Assembly (NCBI GenBank): GCA_910578325.1
Contig: CAJTQT010000003.1
Coordinates: forward strand, 167,882 to 231,881
DNA length: 64,000 nt
Direction: 5' to 3'
Source of the DNA: an uncultured Christensenella sp.
GTDB taxonomy: Bacteria; Bacillota; Clostridia; Christensenellales; CAG-917
Shown here: piece by piece, positions 36,072-47,669 of the stretch
Layout: the number at the start of each line of letters is the position of its first letter
Numbering within the stretch: the first letter of the stretch is position 1
Program-made: the position numbers and the translations under genes
The notes under the pieces: model-generated
The model's database searches: none
What the model was told of the DNA's origin: nothing
Seen by the model: the letters and a program-made list of their open reading frames with translations, nothing else

Positions 36072-36656
36072 TTACAGCGTAATTCTCGACGATAACGCTC
36101 TTGATAGAGTGCTCTCGTCCGCATACTCGATAACGCTTCCCTCGGGCAGACCTCTGGCAATACGCGTGCATTTGATTCCCATAGGCTTGATGAGCCTTGC
36201 AAGATACATTGCCGTCGCTTCGCCTTCAACATCCGGATTAGTCGCCAGAATAACCTCTTCCACGCCGTCAAGACGTGAAATGAGTTCCCTTATTCGCAAA
36301 TCGTCGGGACCGATATGTTCAAGCGGAGAAATTACGCCGCCCAGCACGTGATACACGCCTTTGAAATCTTTCACCTTTTCAAGCGCAACGATATCGCGAG
36401 GTTCTTTGACCACGCAAATCACGCTTTTGTCGCGCGAAGAACAAATTTCACATACATCGTTTTCGGTATAATTTCCGCACACACTGCAAAAATGCACCTC
36501 TCGTTTGACAGTAGAAATCGCGTCAATCAGCGAGTCCACGTCCTCCTGAGAGGAGTTAAGAATATGATACGCATATCTTGCCGCAGTCTTTTCGCCTACG
36601 GACGGAAGTTTGCCTAATTGCGCTATAAGATTCGCAAGCGGTTCTATATATCTCAT
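36072..36656 (-). CDS. recR: Recombination protein RecR
   Basis: LPSVGEKTAARYAYHIL HhH, zinc finger CSVCGNYTENDVCEIC, Toprim domain. Confidence 0.95.
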   Translation of the reverse strand: MRYIEPLANLIAQLGKLPSVGEKTAARYAYHILNSSQEDVDSLIDAISTVKREVHFCSVCGNYTENDVCEICSSRDKSVICVVKEPRDIVALEKVKDFKGVYHVLGGVISPLEHIGPDDLRIRELISRLDGVEEVILATNPDVEGEATAMYLARLIKPMGIKCTRIARGLPEGSVIEYADESTLSRALSSRITL

Positions 36657-36665
36657 AAACTCAGA

Positions 36666-36989
36666 TTAAAACAGTCCGCCCGCTCCGCCGAGAGGTCCCA
36701 TAAGTTCCTTTGCTACGTCGTCCGCCTGTTTGATCGCGTCGTTCATCGCGGCAAGAACCAAATCTTCGAGCATTTCCACATCGTCGGGGTCCACCGCTTC
36801 GGGCTTGATGCTTACGCTTACGGGAGATTTGTCCGCAGTCATCGTGACTTCGACCATTCCTCCGCCCGCTACGCCCGTAACTTCCGTTTCCGCTATCTGA
36901 GCCTGCGCCTCCTGCATTTTTTTCTGCATCTGTTGCGCCTGTCGCATAAGTTGTTGCATATTTCCGCCGCCGAATCCGCCGTATGCCAT
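36666..36989 (-). CDS. ybaB: YbaB/EbfC nucleoid-associated protein
   Basis: GNMQQLMRQAQQMQKKMQEAQAQI...VTGVAGGGMVEVTM, in the conserved dnaX-ybaB-recR order. Confidence 0.93.
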   Translation of the reverse strand: MAYGGFGGGNMQQLMRQAQQMQKKMQEAQAQIAETEVTGVAGGGMVEVTMTADKSPVSVSIKPEAVDPDDVEMLEDLVLAAMNDAIKQADDVAKELMGPLGGAGGLF

Positions 36990-37086
36990 TTTCTATTCCT
37001 CCGAAATTTCCAAATATATTTTAGCGTTATACAACGCGTTTTTCACTTCCGTCATTATATGTGACCGATAAACCCGATGTCCGTAA

Positions 37087-38586
37087 TTATCTTATTTCGA
37101 CCAACTCGCCGAACATCTCTTTGATATAAGGCAACGCCTTATCTTCGTCTATATGCTTTATCTCGTTTATAACCAGTTTAAGCCCCTGCGTCACAGGTTC
37201 TGCCTCGAACACCGCATTGAGCACGTCTCGGTTGGATTTTTCACAAACCATATTATACGTCGCGCGGTCGGCTATCCTGATATAGAATTCGCCTTCCGTC
37301 AATTCAAACTGCGCGTCCTGCATCGCAAGTGCGAGCACGTTGTATTTGCGGTTTTTGAGTTCGGATGCCAAATGTAGCCACACCTGCTTCGCATCCTTTA
37401 TAGCAGGTGCCGACTTAAAACCCGAGGTTCTGAGCCTCTCAACGATTTTTTCAAGCCGCGCCACTTTCGCTTGCAACTCCTCCGTCTTTGCTCCGTCTTC
37501 CGCATTCAGACAGGCGGACACGAGCGCACCTTCGAAGAGGATGCGGTGCTGAGAGGAATATCTGAGTTCTCCTTCAAGCCCGCTCATCGTTTTCATAACG
37601 CTCATAAGCCTGCCCGACGAATACTTCTCCGCCATTTTGGCAAGCGCAATGAATATGCTTTCGGGAAGAGCAAGCAAGTCCTTTGCTCCCGAGCACGTTT
37701 TTATAAACAGAATATTTCTGAACAGAGTGGCAAGGTCGTTTGCAAGAACGGGAATGCTTTTCCCCAAATCGCAAAGCACGGCAGCCGCTTTCAAAGCCCT
37801 GTCCGTATCACCGTCGGCTATCGCCTCTCCGAGTTCTCTCAACCGTTGCGGGTCTGACGCTCCCAAAACTTCAAGAACCCCGCCATACGTCACGCGACCG
37901 TCGCAGTAACTCACGCACATATCCGCAACCGACAGCATATCGCGTACGCTTCCCGCTCCCGCCGCCGCAATAAGATCCAGTGCTTCCTTTTCGTATGAAA
38001 CGCCTATATCGTCGAATACTCTTTTTGCATGCGCCGATAACATAGCGTTTGAAACAAGTCTGAAATCGAACCTTAAACAACGCGAAAGTATCGTTGCGGG
38101 AATCTGATGTATCTCAGTGGTTGCAAGAATAAATATCGCGTGTTCGGGCGGCTCTTCCAGCGTTTTGAGCAATGCGTTGAACGCCGCTTTGGAAAGCATA
38201 TGAACTTCGTCGACGATATAAACTTTATATCTGCCTATCGTCGGCGGAAAATTTATTTTGTCTGTGAGATCGCGAATCTGGTCTACGGAATTGTTTGACG
38301 CCGCGTCAATTTCGAGAATATCGAAATTGCCCGCATCCGCAAGTCCGAGACAGTGCTCGCAAATTCCGCAGGGCGAACCGTCGACAGGTTGCAGACAGTT
38401 GACAGCCCGCGCGAATATTTTGGCGACGGAAGTTTTTCCCGTGCCGCGCGTACCCGTGAATATATACGCGTGCCCGACGTTGCCGTTTGCGATCTGATTT
38501 TTGAGCGTCCTTACAATGTGGTCCTGTCCGATGACTTTATCGAACGTATCGGGACGGTATTTTCTGTAAAGCGAAGTGTATGCCAT
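37087..38586 (-). CDS. dnaX: DNA polymerase III subunit gamma/tau
   Basis: LYRKYRPDTFDKVIGQ, Walker A GTRGTGKTS, zinc module CGICEHC, DEVHML. Confidence 0.95.
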   Translation of the reverse strand: MAYTSLYRKYRPDTFDKVIGQDHIVRTLKNQIANGNVGHAYIFTGTRGTGKTSVAKIFARAVNCLQPVDGSPCGICEHCLGLADAGNFDILEIDAASNNSVDQIRDLTDKINFPPTIGRYKVYIVDEVHMLSKAAFNALLKTLEEPPEHAIFILATTEIHQIPATILSRCLRFDFRLVSNAMLSAHAKRVFDDIGVSYEKEALDLIAAAGAGSVRDMLSVADMCVSYCDGRVTYGGVLEVLGASDPQRLRELGEAIADGDTDRALKAAAVLCDLGKSIPVLANDLATLFRNILFIKTCSGAKDLLALPESIFIALAKMAEKYSSGRLMSVMKTMSGLEGELRYSSQHRILFEGALVSACLNAEDGAKTEELQAKVARLEKIVERLRTSGFKSAPAIKDAKQVWLHLASELKNRKYNVLALAMQDAQFELTEGEFYIRIADRATYNMVCEKSNRDVLNAVFEAEPVTQGLKLVINEIKHIDEDKALPYIKEMFGELVEIR

Positions 38587-38593
38587 ACGACAT

Positions 38594-38622
38594 ATTATAT
38601 ACTATTATCTCTTATATGGCAA
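38594..38622 (-). promoter_or_regulatory. Promoter 7 nt upstream of the dnaX ATG (leaderless candidate)
   Basis: On the minus strand: TTGCCA (38622-38617), 17 nt, TATAAT (38599-38594), atgtcgt, ATG 38586. No SD. Confidence 0.55.
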
Positions 38623-38781
38623 TAAAGTTTTCAAAAGATTATCAGCGATTCGCCCTTTGAAAATAATTTACAAAAATTTCAAAAAACCGTTGTATTTGGT
38701 GACGTCGCGCAGTCGGTATTTATATCGCTCTCGCTGATCCCGTAAACTCGGATTACCGAATCACCGAGCGCAAAACCCTAC

Positions 38782-39507
38782 TCAGATGGCGTTCATCAAC
38801 GCCTGTCTGCACATAACGAGTTGCACCTGCGCATATCTCAAAGACGATACGAATGCGGCAACCGTTCCGGTGGTTTTGACGTTTTCAAGAAGCGCGAGAG
38901 ATGTTACGAGCGCAAGTTTTATTTCAGTGATTTGTTTACTCTCATTCCCTTCCGTTTCTTTATAAAAAACCGACTTTATCTCCTCGATTTGAGACTTTAA
39001 CACCCTAATCTGCGTATTTGCGCCTTGAACGTCTATGCTCCCGTCATAAAGCGAGTTAGCCGTTGAATAGAGTTTGTCAAATATAATTTTGTAATATGTC
39101 AGCGCATCGACCACCGCGTTTTTGGTATCGCCGCTTGCCCATTTGAGTTTACTGGCGGGAATTTCAACTGTTTTAACGTACGCGCTTCCCTCGCCGAGCG
39201 CGGACAACACTTTTCTTGCGGTCTCTTCATCGGGATAAACCGCATAAACGATTTCAATCGTATCGCCTTTTATTACGTAACCCGCTCCGCCGCGCTTTTT
39301 GATCAGATCGGAAGTCGTACGCGCAAGCGTAATATCCGTATAGCCTCCCACCGCTACGGCATAGGCGTTCTCTGCCCCGCTTTTGCTTACGGAAAGCGCG
39401 CCGAGTATCCCGTCGCCCGAATAAAAAGTGCACAGCCCTATCGTCACCATAAAGCACAGTACGACTGTGCAAACTACTATTACGTTCTCTTTTGCCGCCT
39501 TACGCAT
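38782..39507 (-). CDS. Membrane-anchored protein with a possible SPOR-like domain
   Basis: One N-terminal TM (VIVVCTVVLCFMVTIGLCTFY). YAVAVGGYTDITLARTTSDLIKKRGGAGYVIKGDTIEIVYAVYPDEETARKVLSAL resembles a SPOR repeat. Confidence 0.45.
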   Translation of the reverse strand: MRKAAKENVIVVCTVVLCFMVTIGLCTFYSGDGILGALSVSKSGAENAYAVAVGGYTDITLARTTSDLIKKRGGAGYVIKGDTIEIVYAVYPDEETARKVLSALGEGSAYVKTVEIPASKLKWASGDTKNAVVDALTYYKIIFDKLYSTANSLYDGSIDVQGANTQIRVLKSQIEEIKSVFYKETEGNESKQITEIKLALVTSLALLENVKTTGTVAAFVSSLRYAQVQLVMCRQALMNAI

Positions 39508-39678
39508 AGTTAAGTTTACGACAGGTTTTGCGATTTAATGACAAATGCTCCGCGACAGGCTTATGCGGCAATCCGCGGAAATATCTCAAATTTGTTAAAA
39601 ACCGTATTTCGCGCCGTCATTCCCGACCGTGAAAACAATATTTGAGACCGAGGAACTTATAAACACGTACTTATAAGC

Positions 39679-39709
39679 AAAAAAAGAGAGGGCGAACCCT
39701 CTCTTTTTC
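39679..39709 (-). terminator. groEL terminator
   Basis: gagaggg-cgaa-ccctctc flanked by A- and T-runs. Confidence 0.85.
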
Positions 39710-39731
39710 AAAACCGTATGTCGGCATAAAA

Positions 39732-41655
<1,924 letters not shown>

Positions 41656-41687
41656 ATATTTGCCTCCGTTATAGTATTTAAAATTTG

Positions 41688-41714
41688 TTAGCACTCGAAG
41701 TGCTTGATTGCTAA
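41688..41714. promoter_or_regulatory. CIRCE operator (HrcA binding site) of groES-groEL
   Basis: TTAGCACTC-gaagtgctt-GATTGCTAA: 9-nt arms, 9-nt spacer, one mismatch to consensus TTAGCACTC-N9-GAGTGCTAA. Confidence 0.9.
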
Positions 41715-41715
41715 C

Positions 41716-41744
41716 AGTTTATTACAACGGTTGCCAAATGTCAA
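41716..41744 (-). promoter_or_regulatory. groES promoter
   Basis: On the minus strand: TTGACA (41744-41739), 17 nt, TAAACT (41721-41716), then 1 nt, then CIRCE. Confidence 0.7.
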
Positions 41745-41873
41745 TATATTATGCAATATTTTTTTGAAAAATTTGGAAGCAAATTCAAAGTCCGTGTTGA
41801 ATATTATATAAAAATGTGATAGTATCCTAATATAAACGAAAAAAAGGCGGCGCAACGCCGCAAAAGGTGAACT

Positions 41874-42323
41874 ATGGATAAGTGGGATAAGCGGTTTATG
41901 GATATGGCGCAATTTGTATCGACCTGGACGAGTTGCGCAAGAGAGGGACGTGCAATCGGAGCGATTATCGTCAAGGACAAGCGAATACTTACGACAGGCT
42001 ATAACGGCGCGCCTGCGGGAATAACGACCTGCCGCGAAAAAGGATACTGTATGCGCGACAAACTCGGCATTGCAAGCGGCACCTGCGCGGAAAAATGCTA
42101 TGCCGTGCACGCAGAGCAAAACGCAATATGTCAGGCTGCAAAACTCGGAGTATCCGTGGAAGGCGCAACCCTGTACTGTACGCACCAACCCTGCACAATC
42201 TGCACCCGGCTCATTATCAACAGCGGCATAAAACGCGTCGTGTACAAATTTCCTTATCCGGACGAGTTTTCTATGCAACTGTTCAACGAAGCGAACATTC
42301 TCGTGGAAAAATTCGAGGATTAA
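41874..42323 (+). CDS. comEB: dCMP deaminase (ComEB-type)
   Basis: HAEQNAI and CTHQPCTICTRLIINSGIKRVVY zinc motifs; SD AAGGTGA. Confidence 0.85.
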   Translation: MDKWDKRFMDMAQFVSTWTSCAREGRAIGAIIVKDKRILTTGYNGAPAGITTCREKGYCMRDKLGIASGTCAEKCYAVHAEQNAICQAAKLGVSVEGATLYCTHQPCTICTRLIINSGIKRVVYKFPYPDEFSMQLFNEANILVEKFED

Positions 42324-42407
42324 CCTTTATTACTGCAAAATCTTAAAACAACCGCAGACAATTGCGGTTGTTTTTTGTTCGGATAATTTTCAAACAGAAA
42401 TTTAAAA

Positions 42408-44330
42408 TCAAACTCTCGCGAGTTTCATATCTCCGGCGCGATAAACTATTCTGTACAGAGCATCGTCCTCAACGGCGTCTTCAAACAGCACTCCGTACTT
42501 ATCCGCAAATCCGTCCCAAACGTCGTGGAGATATACGTGGGAATATGCGGACATTTCCTTGACGGTATCTTCGAAAGTCGCGCCCGAAGAAAACGGATTG
42601 CCCGTCCACCAAATGTTTACGTCCCTGCCCTCCGAATAATTTCCGCCTTCCAGATATCCCGAAGTCTGAATCGGAGTCGCCATAAACCTCATAGACAGAT
42701 ATTCGACAACGTGATTCGCCGCGCCGTCGCTGTCGTTTATAACGATATATACGCTGTCGCCTCTGCTAAGAGTTTGAAGCGTTTGCGCCCATACGGCATA
42801 TTGCGCATCTTCCGATTGCACTTTTTTAATGCAAGACATATAACCGCCGACCGACGTCGCTACGGTGAATACACCCAGTGCGGCGGCGAACAACGGATAT
42901 GAAAGAGGTTTGAGTTTCGCACTCACGGTTGCAGGCAGAATGCTTTTTTCTGTTTTCATTTCCGCAAGCATATCTATAAAGCGATAAATATAAATCAATG
43001 CGAGCATAAGCCAGACCGAAGACATATATCTGCAATAAGACGCAAGACCCAGCCCTTCGGCATACGCGAAACTGAACAGATAAAGCAACATAAGGTATAT
43101 CGCATATCCGACCGCGATAACCACAGTCACTACTCCCTGCGTAATCGCAAACGCTTTATGCCTTGTTTTAAAGTATAAAACGACGCACGCGCCTACTGTC
43201 AGCAGCAAACCCAGAATCTCGGGAATCTGCACGCCGTAGCCGTTGCCGAGGAAGAACGTCTTTAAGAAAAGCGATGTGACCTGCGACTGATAGGGATTCG
43301 GATTTTTCAACCACTGCAAAATATTAGGCAAAGTCATTTCACTCGAATTCCATCCCGCGCCGACGCCGTAGTAGTCGACATACCAGTTCCAGGACAGATT
43401 CGCAAACGCTATCAGTACAATCGGCAGCAACACGAACGCAAAATTGCGCTTATCGGCAAAAAACTCCTTTGTGCGCGCTTTGCCGAGAGTAAACATATCG
43501 ATAATTATAAATATAATCGCAAACAGAACAAGCGGCAGTCCCGAAGATTTCGTGAGCGTAAGTACAAAACACCCCAGCCCCACGTTGACGATAGTAAACC
43601 CGTCCGCTCTCTTCCTGTCCTGAAAATACGCGAGGAATATTCCCGCCGCCATCATCGCTATCGGCACGTCTACAAGAACGCTGTGAAAGAGTTCCACGTT
43701 GAAGAGAAAACATTCAAGAATCACAGCCGCAAAACAGACGACGCTCTTCAACGTCGGTTTATTGCCGAACATATCTACGACAGGCAAAGCCAACGAAATT
43801 ATCAACAAATCCATTGCGCTGTATATCGCGCCGTTTCTGAATCCGTTTTCGAAAATCTGAAAGGCATACATAAAAATGCCCGTTGCAGGGACATACCTGT
43901 CAAACATTGTAGTTGCATTGCCGAAATTTCCGAAATTGTCGTATGCAACCATATTTTTCACAACCAAAGCCCAGTGCGTCATCTCATCGCCGATTGCGTT
44001 TGCCGTCGTAGTGTAATTCAGAAACACAAAGCCGAAAGTAAATCCCGCAACAGCATAAATATAAAAAGCGGGATTCTTTAAAACCGTTTTCACTCCCGCT
44101 AAGTCGCGCGTATGCACCGCTTTAAACGCCGTAAAGCCCGTAAGCAGAATAACCGCGGTCAGAAATACGTACATGGCCGTTCGCATATCTGCAAACAGTC
44201 CTCCGAGATAGAGCATAAATATCAGTACGAAATTCGAAAATACAGCCGTCTGTCCGAACCCGCGTTTAAACAGATATGCAAAATCGAAACCGAGAATCAA
44301 CAAGAATATCAGCACAACAAAATAACTCAT
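42408..44330 (-). CDS. Polytopic membrane protein (>=12 TM) with a C-terminal soluble domain; function unknown, possibly a GT-C-like glycosyltransferase
   Basis: 640 aa, hydrophobic throughout the first ~500 aa. The last ~140 aa are hydrophilic. No motif I can name. Confidence 0.6.
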   Translation of the reverse strand: MSYFVVLIFLLILGFDFAYLFKRGFGQTAVFSNFVLIFMLYLGGLFADMRTAMYVFLTAVILLTGFTAFKAVHTRDLAGVKTVLKNPAFYIYAVAGFTFGFVFLNYTTTANAIGDEMTHWALVVKNMVAYDNFGNFGNATTMFDRYVPATGIFMYAFQIFENGFRNGAIYSAMDLLIISLALPVVDMFGNKPTLKSVVCFAAVILECFLFNVELFHSVLVDVPIAMMAAGIFLAYFQDRKRADGFTIVNVGLGCFVLTLTKSSGLPLVLFAIIFIIIDMFTLGKARTKEFFADKRNFAFVLLPIVLIAFANLSWNWYVDYYGVGAGWNSSEMTLPNILQWLKNPNPYQSQVTSLFLKTFFLGNGYGVQIPEILGLLLTVGACVVLYFKTRHKAFAITQGVVTVVIAVGYAIYLMLLYLFSFAYAEGLGLASYCRYMSSVWLMLALIYIYRFIDMLAEMKTEKSILPATVSAKLKPLSYPLFAAALGVFTVATSVGGYMSCIKKVQSEDAQYAVWAQTLQTLSRGDSVYIVINDSDGAANHVVEYLSMRFMATPIQTSGYLEGGNYSEGRDVNIWWTGNPFSSGATFEDTVKEMSAYSHVYLHDVWDGFADKYGVLFEDAVEDDALYRIVYRAGDMKLARV

Positions 44331-44336
44331 AAGCGT

Positions 44337-44365
44337 ATTATAGTATTCCTTTAATCCACTGTCAA
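44337..44365 (-). promoter_or_regulatory. Perfect-consensus promoter 6 nt upstream of the ATG of the 640-aa membrane protein (leaderless candidate)
   Basis: On the minus strand: TTGACA (44365-44360), 17 nt, TATAAT (44342-44337), acgctt, ATG 44330. Confidence 0.6.
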
Positions 44366-44420
44366 TTTCAACCGAAAATTAAATTGATGAAATTTGTCGA
44401 GAAAATAATTATCAATATAG

Positions 44421-44450
44421 TTGACACGCGTATGCGCACGCGTATATAAT
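44421..44450 (+). promoter_or_regulatory. Promoter of the XRE-cupin regulator / pot operon
   Basis: TTGACA (44421-44426), 18 nt containing acgcgt...acgcgt, TATAAT (44445-44450). ~148-nt leader before ATG 44599. Confidence 0.6.
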
Positions 44451-44598
44451 GCAGTCACTTAATGATTTAGTTTAGTTTTACTAAACTTTTTGATTAAAAT
44501 AGCGATACCCTTTAAACCGACGGTCAGTTTTGCCTAAACCGCCCCGAAAGTTTAGAACAGGTAAACAAAAAACACCGTATGTGTTTCGGAGCGGGAGT

Positions 44599-45132
44599 AT
44601 GGAATTAGGAATCAAAATCAAAAGGTTGCGTCTGCGCAACAATCTCACGCAGGAAGAACTTGCCGACAGATGCGAACTGACAAAAGGATATATCTCGCAA
44701 CTCGAAAACGAACTTACCTCCCCGTCAATCGCGACGCTTGAAGACATACTGAATGCGCTCGGAACGACGCCTGCGGAATTTTTCAGCGACGAAAAAGACG
44801 AAAAGACGGTTTTTACAGAAAGCGAATTTATTGAAAAAATCGCGGGCGGATACAAAATCGAATGGCTTGTTCCCAACGCGCAGAAGAATGAAATGGAGCC
44901 TATACGCGTTACAATCGAGCCGCACTCTTCTCTTGAAGAGGACGTCCCGCACGAAGGAGACGAATTCGGCTACGTTTTAAAAGGTTCCGTTTGGCTGCAC
45001 ATAGGCAAAGCCGCGTACAGCGTAAAAAAAGGCGAAGTGTTTTATTTCTCATCCAGCAAGGTGCACCGCTTGGAAAACCGCACGGGAGAAAAAGCGGTTG
45101 TGCTTTGGATCGCGTCGCCCCCTACTTTCTGA
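44599..45132 (+). CDS. XRE HTH + cupin domain transcriptional regulator (PuuR-like)
   Basis: ATG 44599 after GGGAG. HTH IKRLRLRNNLTQEELADRCELTKGYISQLEN. C-terminal cupin HEGDEFGYVLKGSVWLHIG...GEVFYFSSSKVHRLEN. Confidence 0.82.
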   Translation: MELGIKIKRLRLRNNLTQEELADRCELTKGYISQLENELTSPSIATLEDILNALGTTPAEFFSDEKDEKTVFTESEFIEKIAGGYKIEWLVPNAQKNEMEPIRVTIEPHSSLEEDVPHEGDEFGYVLKGSVWLHIGKAAYSVKKGEVFYFSSSKVHRLENRTGEKAVVLWIASPPTF

Positions 45133-45243
45133 TTCGGTAAGAGAGTAAACGCAACAACATAGTTGTAAAACAATAGGTACCCGCGCGGAACCGTCCGCGC
45201 AGTCAATAGAAAAATAAACGGCACAAAGTGCAGAGGTCGGTAT

Positions 45244-46869
45244 ATGAATAAAAGAGCATCTGTCGATAACATTATCGAACTGAAAAACATCTACAAAACG
45301 TACGACGACAAAACCGTCGTAAAAAACGCCAGCCTTACGATAAAGCGCGGCGAATTCGTCACTTTGCTCGGTCCGAGCGGTTGCGGCAAAACGACTACCC
45401 TGCGAATGATTGCAGGCTTCGAAATGCCGACGAGCGGCCAGATAATTTTCGACGGACAGGATATTACGAATCTTCCTCCGCACCTGAGACGCGTAAACAC
45501 GGTATTCCAGAAATACGCTCTTTTTCCGCATCTCAACGTTTACAACAATATCGCGTTCGGACTCAAACTCAAAGTTATTCCCAACGGCACTAAGACAAAC
45601 CGTAAAGGCGAAACCGTACAACTTTTCAGAAAGTACACCAAAACGGAAATCAAAGAAAAAGTCGACAACGCGCTGAAAATGGTTGACCTCGAAGATTACG
45701 GCCACCGCAACGTATCCTCGCTTTCGGGCGGACAGCAGCAACGCGTTGCCATAGCGCGCGCTCTCGTCAACGAGCCCGAAGTGCTGCTTCTGGACGAACC
45801 GCTCGGCGCGCTCGACCTCAAAATGCGCAAGGATATGCAACTCGAACTTATGGATATGCACAACAGACTGGGCATAACCTTCATATACGTAACTCACGAT
45901 CAGGAAGAAGCGCTTACGATGTCAGATAAAATCGTGGTTATGCGTCTTGGCGAAATACAGCAGATAGCCACTCCCGAAAAAGTTTACGACGAACCTGCAA
46001 ACGCTTTTGTCGCAGACTTCATAGGCGAAAGCACCATTCTCTCGGGAACTATGTTAGACGACTATAAAGTCGAATTTTGCGACACCGTCTTCGAATGCGT
46101 CGACAAAGGCTTCAAAAAGAACGAGCCTATCGACGTCATAATTCGCCCCGAAGACCTGAAAATTCTGGATAAAGACGACAAAAAATCGCTGATATCCGCA
46201 ACAGTGCTCTCCTCTGTATTTAAAGGCGATCACTATCAGGTCACTCTGCTCGCAGGAGGAAACGAACTCGTTGCACACGACACCGAAACATACGGCATAA
46301 ACGACACTGTTGGGCTTTACATCAAGCCGTTCGACCTGCACATTATGCACAAGACGCGCATTATCAACGAAATCAACACATATATCACAGGCGAAAACCT
46401 CGTTGAAATTTGCGGCGCGGATTTCGAATGCAAGACCGATTTACCCGAAGGCACTCCGGTCAAGGTTTCGATAGACTTTGACGACGTCGAGATTACAGAC
46501 GACGAAGAAGACGGAACGATCGGCGCGAACGTGCTTTCCTCTATTTACAAGGGAAGTTACTATCAGGCGATACTTTCCACCGACGACCACTACAACTTCT
46601 TCGCCGACACCGATTACGAATGGCTCAAAGGCGACCGCGTCGGCATAAAAATCGCGCCTGACAAGATTCTGATAGAGCAACGTCAGGAAGACGCGCCCGA
46701 GGGCGCGGAGAACTCCACGGCGGCGGATAACAGCGAAGATACGGAAGAGACAGAGAGCACCGATTCTTTTGCCGAAATCGCACAACTCGAGGGTAACGAT
46801 AACATAGTAGGCGCATTAACCTACGATAGTGTCGATTCCTCGGATAACGGAGAGGAGGTAGAAGAGTGA
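45244..46869 (+). CDS. potA: Spermidine/putrescine ABC transporter ATPase with an extended C-terminus
   Basis: Walker [10 protein letters not shown], signature LSGGQQQRV, Walker B LLLDEP. Two TOBE-like segments ([15 protein letters not shown]..., [15 protein letters not shown]...) and an acidic tail. Confidence 0.9.
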   Translation: MNKRASVDNIIELKNIYKTYDDKTVVKNASLTIKRGEFVTLLGPSGCGKTTTLRMIAGFEMPTSGQIIFDGQDITNLPPHLRRVNTVFQKYALFPHLNVYNNIAFGLKLKVIPNGTKTNRKGETVQLFRKYTKTEIKEKVDNALKMVDLEDYGHRNVSSLSGGQQQRVAIARALVNEPEVLLLDEPLGALDLKMRKDMQLELMDMHNRLGITFIYVTHDQEEALTMSDKIVVMRLGEIQQIATPEKVYDEPANAFVADFIGESTILSGTMLDDYKVEFCDTVFECVDKGFKKNEPIDVIIRPEDLKILDKDDKKSLISATVLSSVFKGDHYQVTLLAGGNELVAHDTETYGINDTVGLYIKPFDLHIMHKTRIINEINTYITGENLVEICGADFECKTDLPEGTPVKVSIDFDDVEITDDEEDGTIGANVLSSIYKGSYYQAILSTDDHYNFFADTDYEWLKGDRVGIKIAPDKILIEQRQEDAPEGAENSTAADNSEDTEETESTDSFAEIAQLEGNDNIVGALTYDSVDSSDNGEEVEE

Positions 46870-47669
46870 AAGCAAAAAGCGCGCGCAGACCTTTCCGTCT
46901 GACAAAAAAAGCATTCGGCATACCGTATATGCTCTTCCTTATGCTGTTTGTTGTGATTCCGCTCGTATTGATACTCGTCAACGCCTTTCTTGACAGCGAC
47001 AACAATCTGACGTTTGGCAATTTCAAGATTTTCTTCTCGTCTGCGTCGAGCCTGATCGTACTCGGAAATTCCCTGCTTGTAGGTGTGATCACCACTCTGC
47101 TGTGTCTGGTAATCGGCTATCCCGTGGCGTATATACTTTCCAAAATGAGCAGCGGAAAAATCATCGTCCTTTTGTACATCATACCTATGGGCGTAAACTT
47201 CCTTATAAGAACGCTCGCGACAAAAGCGATATTTATCGCGCTCGGCGTGGAACTCGGTATGGGTACCGTTATATTCGGAATGGTATACAACTACCTGCCG
47301 TTTATGATTCTCCCGCTTCACACCACACTGTCGGGTATAGATAAGAGTTACGCCGAAGCCGCGCAGGACCTCGGCGCGGACAAAGCGACCGTATTTTTCA
47401 AAACTACTCTGCCGCTGTCGGTAAGCGGAATAATGAGCGGAATTACTATGGTATTCATTCCCACGATTTCCACTTACGCAATTTCACAGTTGCTGTCAAA
47501 CGGCAAAATCTTCCTTTTCGGCGACTCAATACAACTGAGTTTCGAACAGGGCATGTACGGCGTCGGCTCGATAATGAGTATAGTAATGCTTGTGTTTGTC
47601 CTGTTATCAAATTTCATTATGAACAGATTCAACAAAGGCGGCAACGCTGCAAGGAGGTCGTTATGGTAA
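46866..47669 (+). CDS. potB: Spermidine/putrescine ABC transporter permease
   Basis: GTG start overlapping the potA stop (GTGA). EAA loop [22 protein letters not shown]. Confidence 0.88.
   Translation: MKAKSARRPFRLTKKAFGIPYMLFLMLFVVIPLVLILVNAFLDSDNNLTFGNFKIFFSSASSLIVLGNSLLVGVITTLLCLVIGYPVAYILSKMSSGKIIVLLYIIPMGVNFLIRTLATKAIFIALGVELGMGTVIFGMVYNYLPFMILPLHTTLSGIDKSYAEAAQDLGADKATVFFKTTLPLSVSGIMSGITMVFIPTISTYAISQLLSNGKIFLFGDSIQLSFEQGMYGVGSIMSIVMLVFVLLSNFIMNRFNKGGNAARRSLW

Noticed and set aside
38587-38781. Search for SRP (4.5S/scRNA) RNA, which often precedes dnaX in Firmicutes
   Set aside because: No conserved SRP domain IV sequence (GGAAGCAGCC-like or the symmetric-loop motifs) is present on either strand. 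Only a promoter and weak hairpins are visible.
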